A stretch of 64,000 nucleotides of DNA from Macrostomum lignano (taxonomy: Eukaryota), in the NCBI GenBank assembly GCA_002269645.1, contig NIVC01000836.1:1-64000 (forward strand). The letters are read 5' to 3'. Positions 49,475 through 61,540 of this stretch are shown here, one piece after another (positions within the stretch are counted from its first letter, which is position 1; each line of letters opens with the position of its first letter). The translations under genes and the position numbers were made by a program. The notes below the pieces were generated by a model that saw only the letters and a list, made by a program, of their open reading frames with translations, ran no database searches and was not told the origin of the DNA.

Positions 49475-50460
49475 TGATCGATCAAAGAATCAGAGGGGGG
49501 GGTAGTCGATCGATAATCAGAGGGGGTAGCCGATCGATAATCAGAGGGGTAGCCGATCGATAAGAGTCAGAGGGGGTAGCCGATCGATAATCCCAGGGGG
49601 TAGCCGATCGATAGTCAGAGGGGGTAGCCGATCGATAAGAGTCAGAGGGGGTAGCCGATCGATAAGAGTCAGAGGGGGTAGCCGATCGATAAGAGTCAGA
49701 GGGAGTAGCCGATCGATAAGAGTCAGAGGGGGTAGCCAATCGATAAGAGTCAGAGGAGGTAGCCGATCGATAAGAGTCAGAGGGGGTAGCCGATCGATAG
49801 TCAGAGGGGGTAGCCGATCAATAATTAGAGGGGGTAGCCGATCAATAATTAGAGGGGGTAACCGATCGATAAGAGTCAAAGGGGGTAGCCGATCGATAAG
49901 AGTCAGAGGGGGTAGCCGATCGATAGTCAGAGGGGGTAGCCGATCAATAATTAGAGGGGGTAGCCGATCAATAATTAGAGGGGGTAGCCGATCGATAAGA
50001 GTCAGAGGGGGTAGCCGATCGATAAGAGTCAGAGGGGGTAGCCGATCGATAAGAGTCAGAGGGGGTAGCCGATCGATAAGAGTCAGAGGGGGTAGCCGAT
50101 CGATAAGAGTCAGAGGGGGTAGCCGATCGATAAGAGTCAGAGGGGGTAGCCAATCGATAAGAGTCAGAGGGGGTAGCCGATCGATAAGAGTCAGAGGGGG
50201 TAGCCGATCGATAAGAGTCAGAGGGGGTAGCCGATCGATAAGAGTCAGAGGGGGTAGCCGATCGATAAGAGTCAGAGGGGGTAGCCGATCGATAGTCAGA
50301 GGGGGTAGCCGATCAATAATTAGGGGGGGTAACCGATCGATAAGAGTCAAAGGGTAGCCGATAAGAGTCGGGGAGGGGGTAGCCGATCGATATAAGAGTC
50401 ATGGAGAGGGTAGTTGATTGATAAAAAGAGTAGGGGAGGGGGTAGCCGATCGATAAAATA
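49475..50460. repeat. 27/24-bp minisatellite immediately 5' of the ZMAT2 coding region
   Basis: Unit GATCGATAAGAGTCAGAGGGGGTAGCC. Confidence 0.97.
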
Positions 50461-51439
50461 GTCAAGGAGTGGTGGCCGAAACTAATTCGAATCAATAATA
50501 AATATAAACACATGTGTTTGGCAGACAGAATCTGAGAATAAGAGCGTATACTTTAAATAAATAAATTTTGAATACAAGCTTTTCTGCACTCAGACTCCAA
50601 GAGAATCGTTCTCCTAATTTTCGATTGCCAACACAATAAAGCAATTTGCACATATAAATATTAACTATTAACAGCGAACCGCCATTCAGAGTTTTACGCA
50701 AAAGAAGAAAATAATGTCCCAGTTACTAGACTGTCTCAGAAGCCAGACCGGAAATAAAATAGAAAAGCAGAAGAAACCCAAAGGCTGACACGAAGTGAAC
50801 AAATGAAAATAAAAGAATTAATAAAAACAAAATAAAATAAAACCGACACAAATCATTGCGACATACATTAGGAATCCTTTAATAATAAACAAAATAAAGC
50901 ATAAACTTGCACAGCTGCGTTACTATGAGTAGCAGTAATTGCAAATAAAATTCAGAAATTAAGAATCACAATTAGTCACTCTTGCAATATTATATCTGTT
51001 AAGTCAGGGAATGTCACTGAGATTTTCCATTGAGATAAAATGATTAGTTAACTAACTAATATTACAATACTAGATTAGTAAGCTTCAATTAAAGTGATAA
51101 ATATGAAGAGTCAAGGTGTCAGACATTGATTGCATAATTTACAAAGAAATGCGCAGCGAAAGTAGTTTTTTTCTAAGAATTTATAATAAACTATCAATAT
51201 GCAAAAAAGCGTTACATACTACTCACCAAACTTTAATGGGAATACAGATCTGAAAGGCTCTACTAAGCTGATTTTTAGTAAAAAATATTCAAGCATTCAA
51301 ACATACAAACCTTTGAGATTTAGTATATTTAGATTGAACAAGTATTAAATGGATATTTTTATAAAAGTTATTTCGACTTTCCCAGTTAATTTGATTACAA
51401 TTCTTTTTCTAAGAGGCTTAACAGGCAAGTTGCCCGGGT

Positions 51440-51742
51440 TTTAAAGGCGACTCTGATAAAAGTACAAGGGGCGATTTCGGTTGTGTCAATGGCGATTCTG
51501 ATAAAAGTACAAGGGGCGATTTCGGTTGTGTCAATGGCGATTTTGATAAAAGTACAAGGGGCGATTTCGGTTGTGTCAATGGCGATTTTGATAAAAGTGC
51601 AAGGGGTGATTTCGGTTGTCAATGGCGACTTTGATAAAAGTGCAAGGAGCGATTTCGGTTGTGTTAATGGCGATTCTGATTAACATGTACAAGGGGCGAT
51701 TTCTCTGGGTTTTAATGGCGACTCTGATAAAAGTGCGAGGGG
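51440..51742. repeat. About 45-bp tandem repeat
   Basis: AATGGCGATTTTGATAAAAGTACAAGGGGCGATTTCGGTTGTGTC, about 6 diverging copies. Confidence 0.92.
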
Positions 51743-51843
51743 CAATGAATGCTTGCAGTGTCCCACAGCAGACACAAACGCAACAGGGTCACTAATACGG
51801 AATAGCACCTAGTGAAGAAGCATCTCTATACAGGTGTCGCTCC

Positions 51844-54800
51844 TCAGTCCTCAGCGTTCGCCGACGATTGGCAGGCGGCAATCCGACGCAGCGACTCAAT
51901 TTCAGCCTGCAGACTGGCGACTCGGTCTTCTAGTTCGGCGACGCGGCGGGAGTCGGAGCCGCACAGCTGGCAGACGGTGCCACCTCCGCCGCCACTGCTG
52001 GCGCCTCCGCAGCAGCCGGTAGGCGTGACGACAGCCGAAGTTCGACCATCGTCAAGCAGCTGCCTGCGCAAGCGGAGTAGCAGAGTCTTCACCCCGGTGA
52101 CATCGTGAGCCAGGTGCCGAAGGTCCGAGCCGGGTAGAAGGAGCAGGTCACCCTGAGGAGACGACACTGATCGCGGACGGAAGCGCATGGAGCTGGCGGC
52201 CAGAGACAGAGACAGCGGCGGCTGCTGCTGGCGGCGAAGATGCCTGGTGAGGCTGTCGGGAGGCAGGCTGGCGGTCATCAGGCTGCCGACAATGTCAGCA
52301 CAGGCTGCGACACCCGCTTGGTTGTCGTCCGCGTCTTCCTGGTTCACTTCGTATTCCTGGGCGAGGAGAATGGAGAATGGAGAAAGTGATTAACTATCCC
52401 TTTCATATAGCATTGACACCTGCCTGTCACTGTCCTTTAGCATCCATACTCAATTATGTCACTCCACAGACAGCGGAAGACAACACGAATCTGTCACTCC
52501 CCAGACAGCGGAAGACAACACAAATCCGTCACTCCCCAGCGGAAGACAACACGAATCTGTCACTCCTAAACATCAGAAGATCACACGAATCTGTCACTCC
52601 CCAGACAGTGGAAAACAACACGAATCCGGCACTCCCCAGACAGTGGAAGACAACACGAATCTGTCACTCCCCAGACAGTGGAAGACAACACGAATCTGTC
52701 ACTCCCCAGACAGTGGAAGACAACACGAATCTGTCACTCCCCAGACAGTGTGTAGTGTGAGCATCTTTGCGTGTATTTTGTTGTAAATTGACTGCATTAG
52801 TTTCTATATTGTTATTGAATTGTTATTTTGCTTTAGTTTAGTCACGTTTTTGGTGTACTTTTTCCTTGTTAGTTGGAATCAATTTTGTGTAAACAGGTTA
52901 GAGTTAGACGCCGTTGTGACTCAGCGGAGGGTTGAGTTTTGTCTGCGAACCCCAGCTTTGCGCGGCCAGCCAATCAGAACCGGCCTGGACCCTGGCACGC
53001 GGCAAGTTCCAATTTTACCCGGCGCCGCGGGCACAGTGTAATTCGGCTTAAGCAAGCGGCCGGCCAGACGACCACCACCCGGCTTGAGGGGGTTTTGAGG
53101 GGTTGTGACTCTGACTATATATGAAAGTGTGTTTTGGCAGTCGGATCTCGCTTGCTCCCTTTCCCCGGTTTTGTCTTGTCCAGTTCCCGGTCGGTGGCCC
53201 GATTTCTCCTCTCTTGTTGGTTCGCGCTTTGAGGCGCCTGAATTCATCACCCCCGGTCCATATTTTTGTTCCCGCCCAACCGCAGTAGTCTTGTGGCGTA
53301 ACGTCTACGGCAAATTCCTGTCTGAAGTCGTCGCTATCAAGCGCGGTTAGATAGAGACTGTCGGATCTGATCAAGTACGCGGCCTCGACCCCGAGGGCCT
53401 CAGTGTTACACTGAAGGGCAGTGCCGATAGAATTTAGTCGGTACTCCGTTGAACGGTCGATTCGGCAGGGCTCTCGTTTGAGAGTAGGTTCTGGCTTAGG
53501 CCAGGGGTTAGGAGTCTTTCTCCGTGGTCCTGTGTTCGGTGCCTTCTCCTTCTTCTTCTTCAAGCTGAGATCCGCTTGTCAGTGCGTAATATAATCATTG
53601 TTATTAATCGTTACTATTCGTTATCATCAGTCTAATTATCTGCGTCGCGAGTTTGCTTGAATCCTGTAACTTGAGTAATCAAATTAAATCGTCTAGCCAA
53701 TTATCAGTTGTATCACATAGGATTATCACTCTCTAAATCTTTCGGGTTGTGTTCCCTCGTGTTCTTTATTTTCTTGTACTGTACCTGCGGCTATTGGAGA
53801 AAGACTGGTAGGACTCGCCGACCGGCGATAGGCGATTAGGATTAATAGCTTTAAAATCTCCAAACGCTCCAAGTAGGTTTGTCTAGGGCCTAAATAATTG
53901 CTTACCGTGCCTATTTATCACAAGTGGAAGACAACACGAATCTGTCACTCCCCAGACAGTGGAAGACAACACGAATCTGTCACTCCCCAGACAGTGGAAG
54001 ACAACACGAATCTGTCACTCCCCAGACATCAGAAGATCACACGAATCCGTCACTCCCCAGACAGTGGAAGACAACACGAATCTGTCACTCCCCAGACAGC
54101 GGAAAACAACACGAATCCGGCACTCTCCAGACAGTGGAAGACATCACAAACCTCCTCCTCCCTGATCAAGCAGTCGGCGAGGTCTGTCCCAGCCCGTGAA
54201 GTGGTCAGACTGGCTCCGCCGCATGTGTCATCGTCTCCTCCAGCTCCGCCGCCGCCTCCAGTGTCGTGTTCGCAGTCGGTGTCGCAGTCCGTGCCCAGCA
54301 TGAGGTCGTCAGAGTCCAGGCTAGACGCACCGGAGGCCAGACGGGAACGGCGATAAACAGAGGTGGCGGCTGCAACTGGGGCAGCAACAGATGGCTGAGA
54401 CGGAGATCGGCTGCGGGAGTTGCAATTATGCGATCTGTAAGAGATCCTGACATCCAACAAAGATCTTAACAAAAAACACTGGATGAGTTGTGTTTGAATG
54501 GAGTTCCAATGATGATTATGATTTTGTTGAATTAAACAAGGACGACTTAAGTGGAAGGACTGGAAACCTCGTTTCTTAGAAAACATTACGGAGATAGGAA
54601 GTTTTCATTTTTTCAGCACAAAAATTGTTATTGTTTTTGATAGGAGGCAGACCCAGTGTTCACCTTTTGATATGTTGTGCCTTTCTTATTGCCTCTATCG
54701 ATATTCATAAATCTTTTCATTCAAATAATTAGGATTCTGTGTTAATTTCTTATTCTACGTACAATTGAATATGTCCAGTGCCTAAAAACTATTAAAATAG

Positions 54801-57001
54801 CACGGCTCAGCTCTTTAGTTTTATGAACCTATTTAATCATTCTTAGCTGACTGTGTACCAATATTTGTAACTGAGATGATAAAATAGATTCATAAAACCA
54901 AAGATTGGAGCTGTGTCATGCATTTTTATGATTGTTAGGTACAGGAAATGTACGTAGAATAAACAATTAACACAGAATCCTAATTATTTGAATGAAAAGA
55001 TTTATGAATATCGATAGAGGCAATAAGAAAGGCACAACATACCAAAAGATGAACACTGGATCTGCCTCCTATCGATAGTCGCATTTGAGGCGAGCTACAA
55101 TGACTCACTCAACAGGCAGACCGCTAGCCTGACTATCGTTGTCAGTTGACGGGCAGACTTCGCTATAGGTAGTGACAGTGTCAGGCCTGTCCTCGCCCGA
55201 CCGCACTGCGGGCAGCTGGGCATTGGCTGATGCGGAATGCGGAGGCAGCTGCGGGGCCTCCGTCATGGGTGCCGATAATTTGTCCGGCAAACGGTTGCGC
55301 AACGATGGACGCAGCAGAGCGGCTGCCGAAGTTGCCGACGGCTCCGGTTGGAGACTTGGGGAACTGAAAAATTTGCGCGATCAAATTGTAAATGCAGTGC
55401 GGACTGCTTTTGTGGTAATGAGCGCTTGGAGCAACCAGGAAAATGACAGGCAGATTCAATGAGCATCAAGGCAGATTCAATGAGCACAGGCAGATTCAAT
55501 GAGCACAGAGACAGATTCAATGAGCATAGATGCAGATTCAATGAGCATAGAGGCAGATTCAATGAGCATAAAGGCAGATTCAATGAGCAGAGGCAGATTC
55601 AATGAGCATAGAGGCAGATTCAATGAGCATAGAGGCAGATTCAATGAGCATAGAGAGGCAGATTCAATGAGCATAGAGGCAGATTCAATGAGCACAGAGG
55701 CAGATTCAATGAGCACAGAGACAGATTCAATGAGCATAGAGGCAGATTCAATGAGCACAGAGACAGATTCAATGAGCATAGATGCAGATTCAATGAGCAT
55801 AGAGGCAGATTCAATGAGCACAGAGGCAGATTCAATGAGCATAGAGAGGCAGATTCAATGAGCATAGAGGCAGATTCAATGAGCATAGAGGCAGATTCAA
55901 TGAGCACAGAGGCAGATTCAATGAGCACAGAGGCAGATTCAATGAGCACAGAGACAGATTCAATGAGCATAGAGGCAGATTCAATGAGCACAGAGACAGA
56001 TTCAATGAGCATAGATGCAGATTCAATGAGCATAGAGGCAGATTCAATGAGCACAGAGGCAGATTCAATGAGCATAGAGACAGATTCAATGAGCAGAGGC
56101 AGATTCAATGAGCATAGAGGCAGATTCAATGAGCATAGAGGCAGATTCAATGAGCAGAGGCAGATTCAATGAGCATAGAGGCAGATTCAATAAGCATAGA
56201 GGCAGATTCAATGAGCATAGAGAGGCAGATTCAATAAGCAAAGAGGCAGATTCAATGAGCATAGAGAGGCAGATTCAATGAGCATAAAGGCAGATTCAAT
56301 GAGCAGAGGCAGATTCAATGAGCATAGAGGCAGATTCAATGAGCATAGAGAGGCAGATTCAATGAGCATAGAGAGACAGATTCAATGAGCACAGAGGCAG
56401 ATTCAATGAGCATAGAGAGACAGATTCAATGAGCATAGAGGCAGATTCAATGAGCACAGAGACAGATTCAATGAGCACAGAGGCAGATTCAATGAGCACA
56501 GAGGCAGATTCAATGAGCATAGAGGCAGATTCAATGAGCATAGAGAGGCAGATTCAATGAGCACAGAGGCAGATTCAATGAGCAGAGGCAGATTCAAATC
56601 CCGTTACTCAAGAAACCACCGACTCACTCGTCAGACTTGGCAGCCAGATTGAAGTTATCAATGGTGACAGACCGCACAGGCAGCAGATCCTCGCTAGCCC
56701 GCGAACCGGATGGCGATCGGTCATCAAGCAGAACTGGCCGACGATCTGGCAGGGGCGGAGCGGACTTGCAGGCAGCCGGCGTGGAAGCGTAGGACGCGGC
56801 CAGGCTGTCAGCGTCGCCAGAGAGCGGCCGACGGCCCCGATCTGACCGGTGCTGCTGCCGACGCCAGGGCGATTTGAATGCGGCAAAGCCGAAGCTGTGC
56901 GCCCGTTTTGGCGATTTGGCGGCGTGCTTCTGCTCTGGCTGGCGCTGCTGCTGCTGCGACAGTTCGTCTTCTGGCAGCTGGCGCGACACGCAGGCGCCCA
57001 T
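51844..57001 (-). CDS. CCSER1/2 (FAM190)-like serine-rich coiled-coil protein; 4 exons
   Basis: Exons 57001-56628, 55363-55109, 54434-54152, 52356-51844; GT-AG, phases 2/2/0, continuous frame from MGACVSR (in-frame upstream ATG at 57013). The motifs SLDSDDLML and DVTGVKTLLLRLRRQL plus a C-terminal coiled coil resemble CCSER-family motifs as I recall them. The gene model is more secure than the family call. Confidence 0.65.
52445..54142. repeat. 36-bp minisatellite split in two (52445-52750 and 53923-54142) by an LTR insertion
   Basis: Unit ACTCCCCAGACAGTGGAAGACAACACGAATCTGTC-like on both sides, in register. Confidence 0.95.
52751..53922. mobile_element. Probable solo LTR (Gypsy-like), 1172 bp
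   Basis: Termini TGTAGTG...TATCACA (TG...CA); 4-bp TSD AGTG at 52747-52750 and 53923-53926, duplicating part of the host monomer CAGACAGTGGAAGAC; no recognisable retroviral ORF; candidate AATAAA on the - strand near 53765. Confidence 0.8.
54643..55069. mobile_element. Foldback MITE with TA TSD (Tc1/mariner-like) in intron 2 of the CCSER-like gene
   Basis: Termini GGAGGCAG...CTGCCTCC, flanked by TA on both sides. The arms are near-identical inverted repeats over about 130 bp and remain alignable almost to the centre at about 54850. Confidence 0.9.
55452..56597. repeat. 21-bp minisatellite filling intron 1 of the CCSER-like gene
   Basis: Unit GCAGATTCAATGAGCATAGAG, with 19- and 23-bp variants. 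Confidence 0.98.
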
Positions 57002-59639
57002 TAGGCGATGCATGGCTGCAACTATTGGCACCGCTGGGATGTGGCGGAATTAACATCATTCACTGGGCTGTATCCGCTATAGATAAGATGTATAAAGTCA
57101 GGGACTACTAAAACACGGGACAGGAAACTGGCCAGATCATGCAGAAAAAAGTTGGAGGCAGCTATTTCTAAGGCTCTGTAAAGTTTATTATTGAACGTAG
57201 AAAGCTGGTTTCTTTACCATCCTGTACAGAATTTATCCCTCTACAAGATGCACAACTCTACATCAGCATGCTCGGTATCAGAGAAATCGCTGAGTAAATT
57301 TCAGAGTAATAACAAGGAAATTTGTATGTATCCCTCACTTGCCCTGGGCGAACGTCTATGGTCTCAGTGTAAATTCCATTTATTTGCATTGGTGCAAATA
57401 AACGGTTTATTTCATTTGCCCAAAGACAATATTAAAACGCCGTTTCTAACTGCTCACTTGGCTACATAGAGAGAATTGACTGAATTGTATAGAAATTCTG
57501 CTATAGACCATAGACATTGAATCATTTAAAAAAATTATCTTTAACGTTCTTAAGGCTTCGCATCGGTCAATAAACTGGTCACTCAAGCATTTATTGCCCT
57601 AGCACGGGTATAAATGGGGAATATTAAAGATTAAAGAGCTATCAAAGACTAATTTCGTAATTTTCAGACAACACAGCAGAAGCAGCAGCTACAAGCTTAA
57701 CTGAATAGCGATGATGCTTGAGCAGAAACCCTCAGGCATTTCTTTAACCTTTTCGCGCCGGAGCTAGAAGTACAAGTTCTTTCCGTTTCTTCCCTTCTTT
57801 GGCCCGAATTATTCGGCTGAGAGCTCGTATCTTGGCCGAGGCGCAGCCGAGGCCTAGAAGCGAGCTCGTAGCCGTGGACTTTGGGCCATAGACAGAAAGA
57901 AACGGAAAGAATATATTTCTTCCAAACTTGGACCGGGCCAAAGAAATGATAGGCCTGGCCAAAGAAATGAAAAAAAAGCATTGAACCATAGACAGACACG
58001 GCTCAGCTAAGTGGGAAAGAAATACAAAAGCTCCGTTCCTGCTGACATGGTCAGCTGGGCTGGCCATAGACTATAGCTGGAATCGTAACGCGCCCTGTGC
58101 AAAGCCTTTATAGCCAAGAAGGGAGCATTTTATACTTGGCTTGGACAAATCTAGGGTCGAAAAAAAGCTGTTTCAAAGTGCATTTTAACTTAATGCTCTC
58201 TATATAGATTATGCAGTGTGTACACTACTCGATATCTAGCAATAGACACTACAGTTCACTTTAAAATCTGCAAACAGGCATTTTTGAAAGAGAAAGCACT
58301 GCACCTCCTTAATAAGAGTAGTGCATCATTTTATTGAAAAGTAAATCAGCTACAACCATGGAAATTTTGCATGGAAATTCTGAGATTGATGATGTCATCA
58401 CAAAAATGCTGAATTCCATTCAGATAAGTAGGATTTTTTCACCCATTTTTTGTATGATCAGCACTGCTGACCATGCTTGGCTGGAACAGCTACTATGTAA
58501 CACATAACTTTTCTTTTACCATAGACTCCAAAAAATATCAGCAGTAAAGGTTGTTTGTCCATGGTTAGCTCTGCTGACCATCCGGCAGCTTAAAAATCTA
58601 AATTCAATAAAAAAATCTAAGGAGCACTAGAAATACCAGCCTCTAACTATTTTCTACATCATCTGGGTAGTTTCCCAACATATTTTGGTGGCCATGCACA
58701 GCACTAGTGGCCAGGGGCAATCTAGCCAATGTATAATAATCAGTCAAATTACTTCAAAGTGTCCTCAAAGCTTATAGGCTTTGATTTGACAATCAAATTC
58801 TAAATTTGATTTTGGGATTTCAGAGACAAAAACCTTGAAACTCTTTCTAATCTAACCTATCAAGCAGATGCAGAGCTTAATAATTGGTGCAAAGACTAGA
58901 TATAAGTAGTATACGGTAAATAGACAAACTAACTTATTAAAGTAGCCTTTTAAATTTATACTGAAGAACCAAGTGCAAAAAAGCCATAGTTGAGGTAAAA
59001 AGTTTATGCTTTTTCATTTGTTTTTATTTTATTCCATTTTTAGTAATTTCTATAATATAGAAATAGAGTTACATTAAATATTAGATATTCTTTAATTATA
59101 CAAGGTACAATGAGATTTCAAGTTTGTTTAATAATTTTATGATTTCTTATGATTTTTTATGATAAATCTTATTTGCCCAAATAAAAAAACATTCTAGTTT
59201 TAAAAATTGGTCAAATAAATTATTAAAAAATTACAAAAATGTTTTATAAATTTTTTTAATATTTTTATAATGCTTTTTGCCAGTTAAGTACTATGGCATG
59301 ATCATTTTTTCCTAAATACAAACTTGATTTTTACTAATTATTTTTAACTTGAAATTTTTAGATATAACAAGCTGTTGAAACCTGCAGGTTTTGAACCTAG
59401 GGAATTCCAATGCCCATAACTATTTTTGCATGTATTCTAAAATCTGAGGCCATCCTAAAACAAAAACTTGTTAATAGTTAGTAGGATAGAAGTAAACATA
59501 AAGTAGAGTACATTTGTGTAAAATTAGGGTTTGAGGCAAACATTTGATATTGTTGGCTAGGGTGCTACACAAAATGTCAGACAATGTCAGTCTGACTCTA
59601 AAATATGTATGGCAAACTGTGGCCTCTGCCTCTGACTCC

Positions 59640-60065
59640 CCCTGTCTCTTGGATCTTTTAAAACTTCTATCTTCTCTTCTATTTCCTTTCTTTTCTCTTA
59701 TCCCCTGTCTCTCTTCTCTTCTCTTTTTCCTCTTATCTTTTCTCTTTTTTCCTTTCTCTTCTCTCCTTTCTTTTCTCATATATTTTCTCATAGTTCTCTT
59801 CTCTTTCATCTCTCTTATCTCATCTTTTCTCTCTCCTCTCCACTCTTCTCTCTCTCCTCTCCACTCTCCTCTCTCTTCTCTCCCCTCTTCTCTCATCTCT
59901 TCCTTCTCCTCTCTATTCTTTTCTCTCTTCTTTTTCTCTCTCATTCTCATTCTTTTTCTCATTCCTCACTCTCCTCTCTCTCAACACTTCCTTCTTCTCT
60001 CTTCTCTCAACTCTCTCTTCTACTCACTCTCTTTTTTTCTTATCCCCTCTCTCGCCGCTCCTCTT
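59640..60065. repeat. CT-rich low-complexity tract
   Basis: Polypyrimidine TCTC/TTCTC runs. Confidence 0.9.
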
Positions 60066-61328
60066 TTTTAAATTGTTTATTCATTCTTCTTTCTACTCTC
60101 ATCTGTCTCTCAGCCATGAACTAGATTATTTATCTAGCCTTGGAGATAAAAGTCTGTCTATCCTTGCTTGGAAAGCCAGTTTGTGGAACGTAGTACTCTC
60201 ATGGTTTTTTCATGCTTTGAGCATATCATCTTTCTTCCCAATTTGTAGCTCCAAAAGGAATTTGTATATCTTTAGCTCCATTACAATCTGCATCAGTCTA
60301 ACAACCAAGGAAATATGCATTTCTTAGGAGGCCATTTAAATTTTTAAGTACCTTTAAGAAAAAATTGAAACTTCTATGGTATGACTAATTTAGTAGGGTT
60401 GCATTGCATCGTATTTGCATTAGAGGAATTAGGGTTGCATCATATCACATTTGCATTGCATCAAAAATGCATTGCATTGCATTTTCAGAAATCTTTTACT
60501 TTTACAAACCATGCTAGGGTTGCCTTGATTTGCCAATTGCCATCCACTATAAAACTGCTATAGAGTTTCTTATACAGAGGGCAATGGTTAGAATTACTTA
60601 TTAAACTGTTATAGCTAAACATGGCCTCACCATGGGGGTGCAAAGAAGGCTATAAATAAAGCTATTCCAAAACAATGTATATTGCTATTATATTCAGCCT
60701 TATCACCTAACCCTTATTCTGGCTTTGGGTAAAGGATTAAGTAAATGGCACATTTAATAGAAAAATCAGACAACTTTGCATGCTTATAGTTTTTGTCTTG
60801 ATTGAGTTATAGACAGAGTTGAATCTTTACATTTGGACAAAAAATGAATCAATGAAGAATTTTCAAGTTTGAAGTCAATTGCTTTATGTGGAACAAGCTT
60901 ATGGCAGCCAAAACTTAGTCAATTTTATAACCCTTTTTACATATCTAAGACCAGATTAAAAGAGTCAGGCAAAGGTTAGGATAGCTGCCTTACTAACAAA
61001 AAAATCTAAATTTAAAAGTGCATAGCACCATTTAGGATTGACTTTGAGACTCATGATTTTTTTGAAATGTCAAAGTGTCGAAATAGATGAAGATTATTAT
61101 GTGTCAAATTTGAAGACAATTGATAAAATTGGAGCAATGCTATGGAAGGTATAGTGAAAAATTGCACATTTTGAGCAGTTTTGTTTTGCACTTTTAGGTA
61201 AGAAGACTTAGACTTATATTTTCTCTATCAAATGATAAAATTAATTTAATGCTAATTAGAATTTGCTATTTTTTAGCCTTTTTAATTTTATCTTTTATCT
61301 AATATTAATAATAATATTGATAAACATA

Positions 61329-61540
61329 CTTGTATAACTTTTGCCAACACATTTTCAGAGATCTTCCAACACTTTTTACAACACTTTTTGCGACATTTTA
61401 AGTGTCATAAAGTGTCAAAAGATCTGTCTGAAAATGTGTCGGTGAAAGTTAACTGTTACGACACTTTTTGCAACATTTTAAGTGTCATAAAAAAGTGTCA
61501 GAAGATCTGTCTGAAAATGTGTTGGCAAAAGTTATACAGG
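61329..61540. mobile_element. Small MITE (212 bp) with TA TSD
   Basis: TA|C(T/C)TGTATAACTTTTGCCAACACATTTTCAGA ... TCTGAAAATGTGTTGGCAAAAGTTATACAGG|TA; about 30-bp TIR and an internal direct duplication. Confidence 0.8.

Noticed and set aside
53048-53563. 171-aa ORF inside the solo LTR
   Set aside because: It has no gag, protease, RT or integrase motifs.
4460-56597. CRISPR-like appearance of the regular arrays
   Set aside because: Units are directly tandem with no unique spacers, there are no cas genes, and the context is spliced eukaryotic DNA.
49482-56597. Repetitive ORFs (LIDRLPP, SATPSDSY, LIESAS, CSLNLPL)
   Set aside because: They are translations of the 27-bp and 21-bp minisatellites.
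57350-58530. Recurrent CCATAGAC motifs suggesting a MITE family
   Set aside because: They are mostly in direct orientation, and I could not define element boundaries or a TSD.
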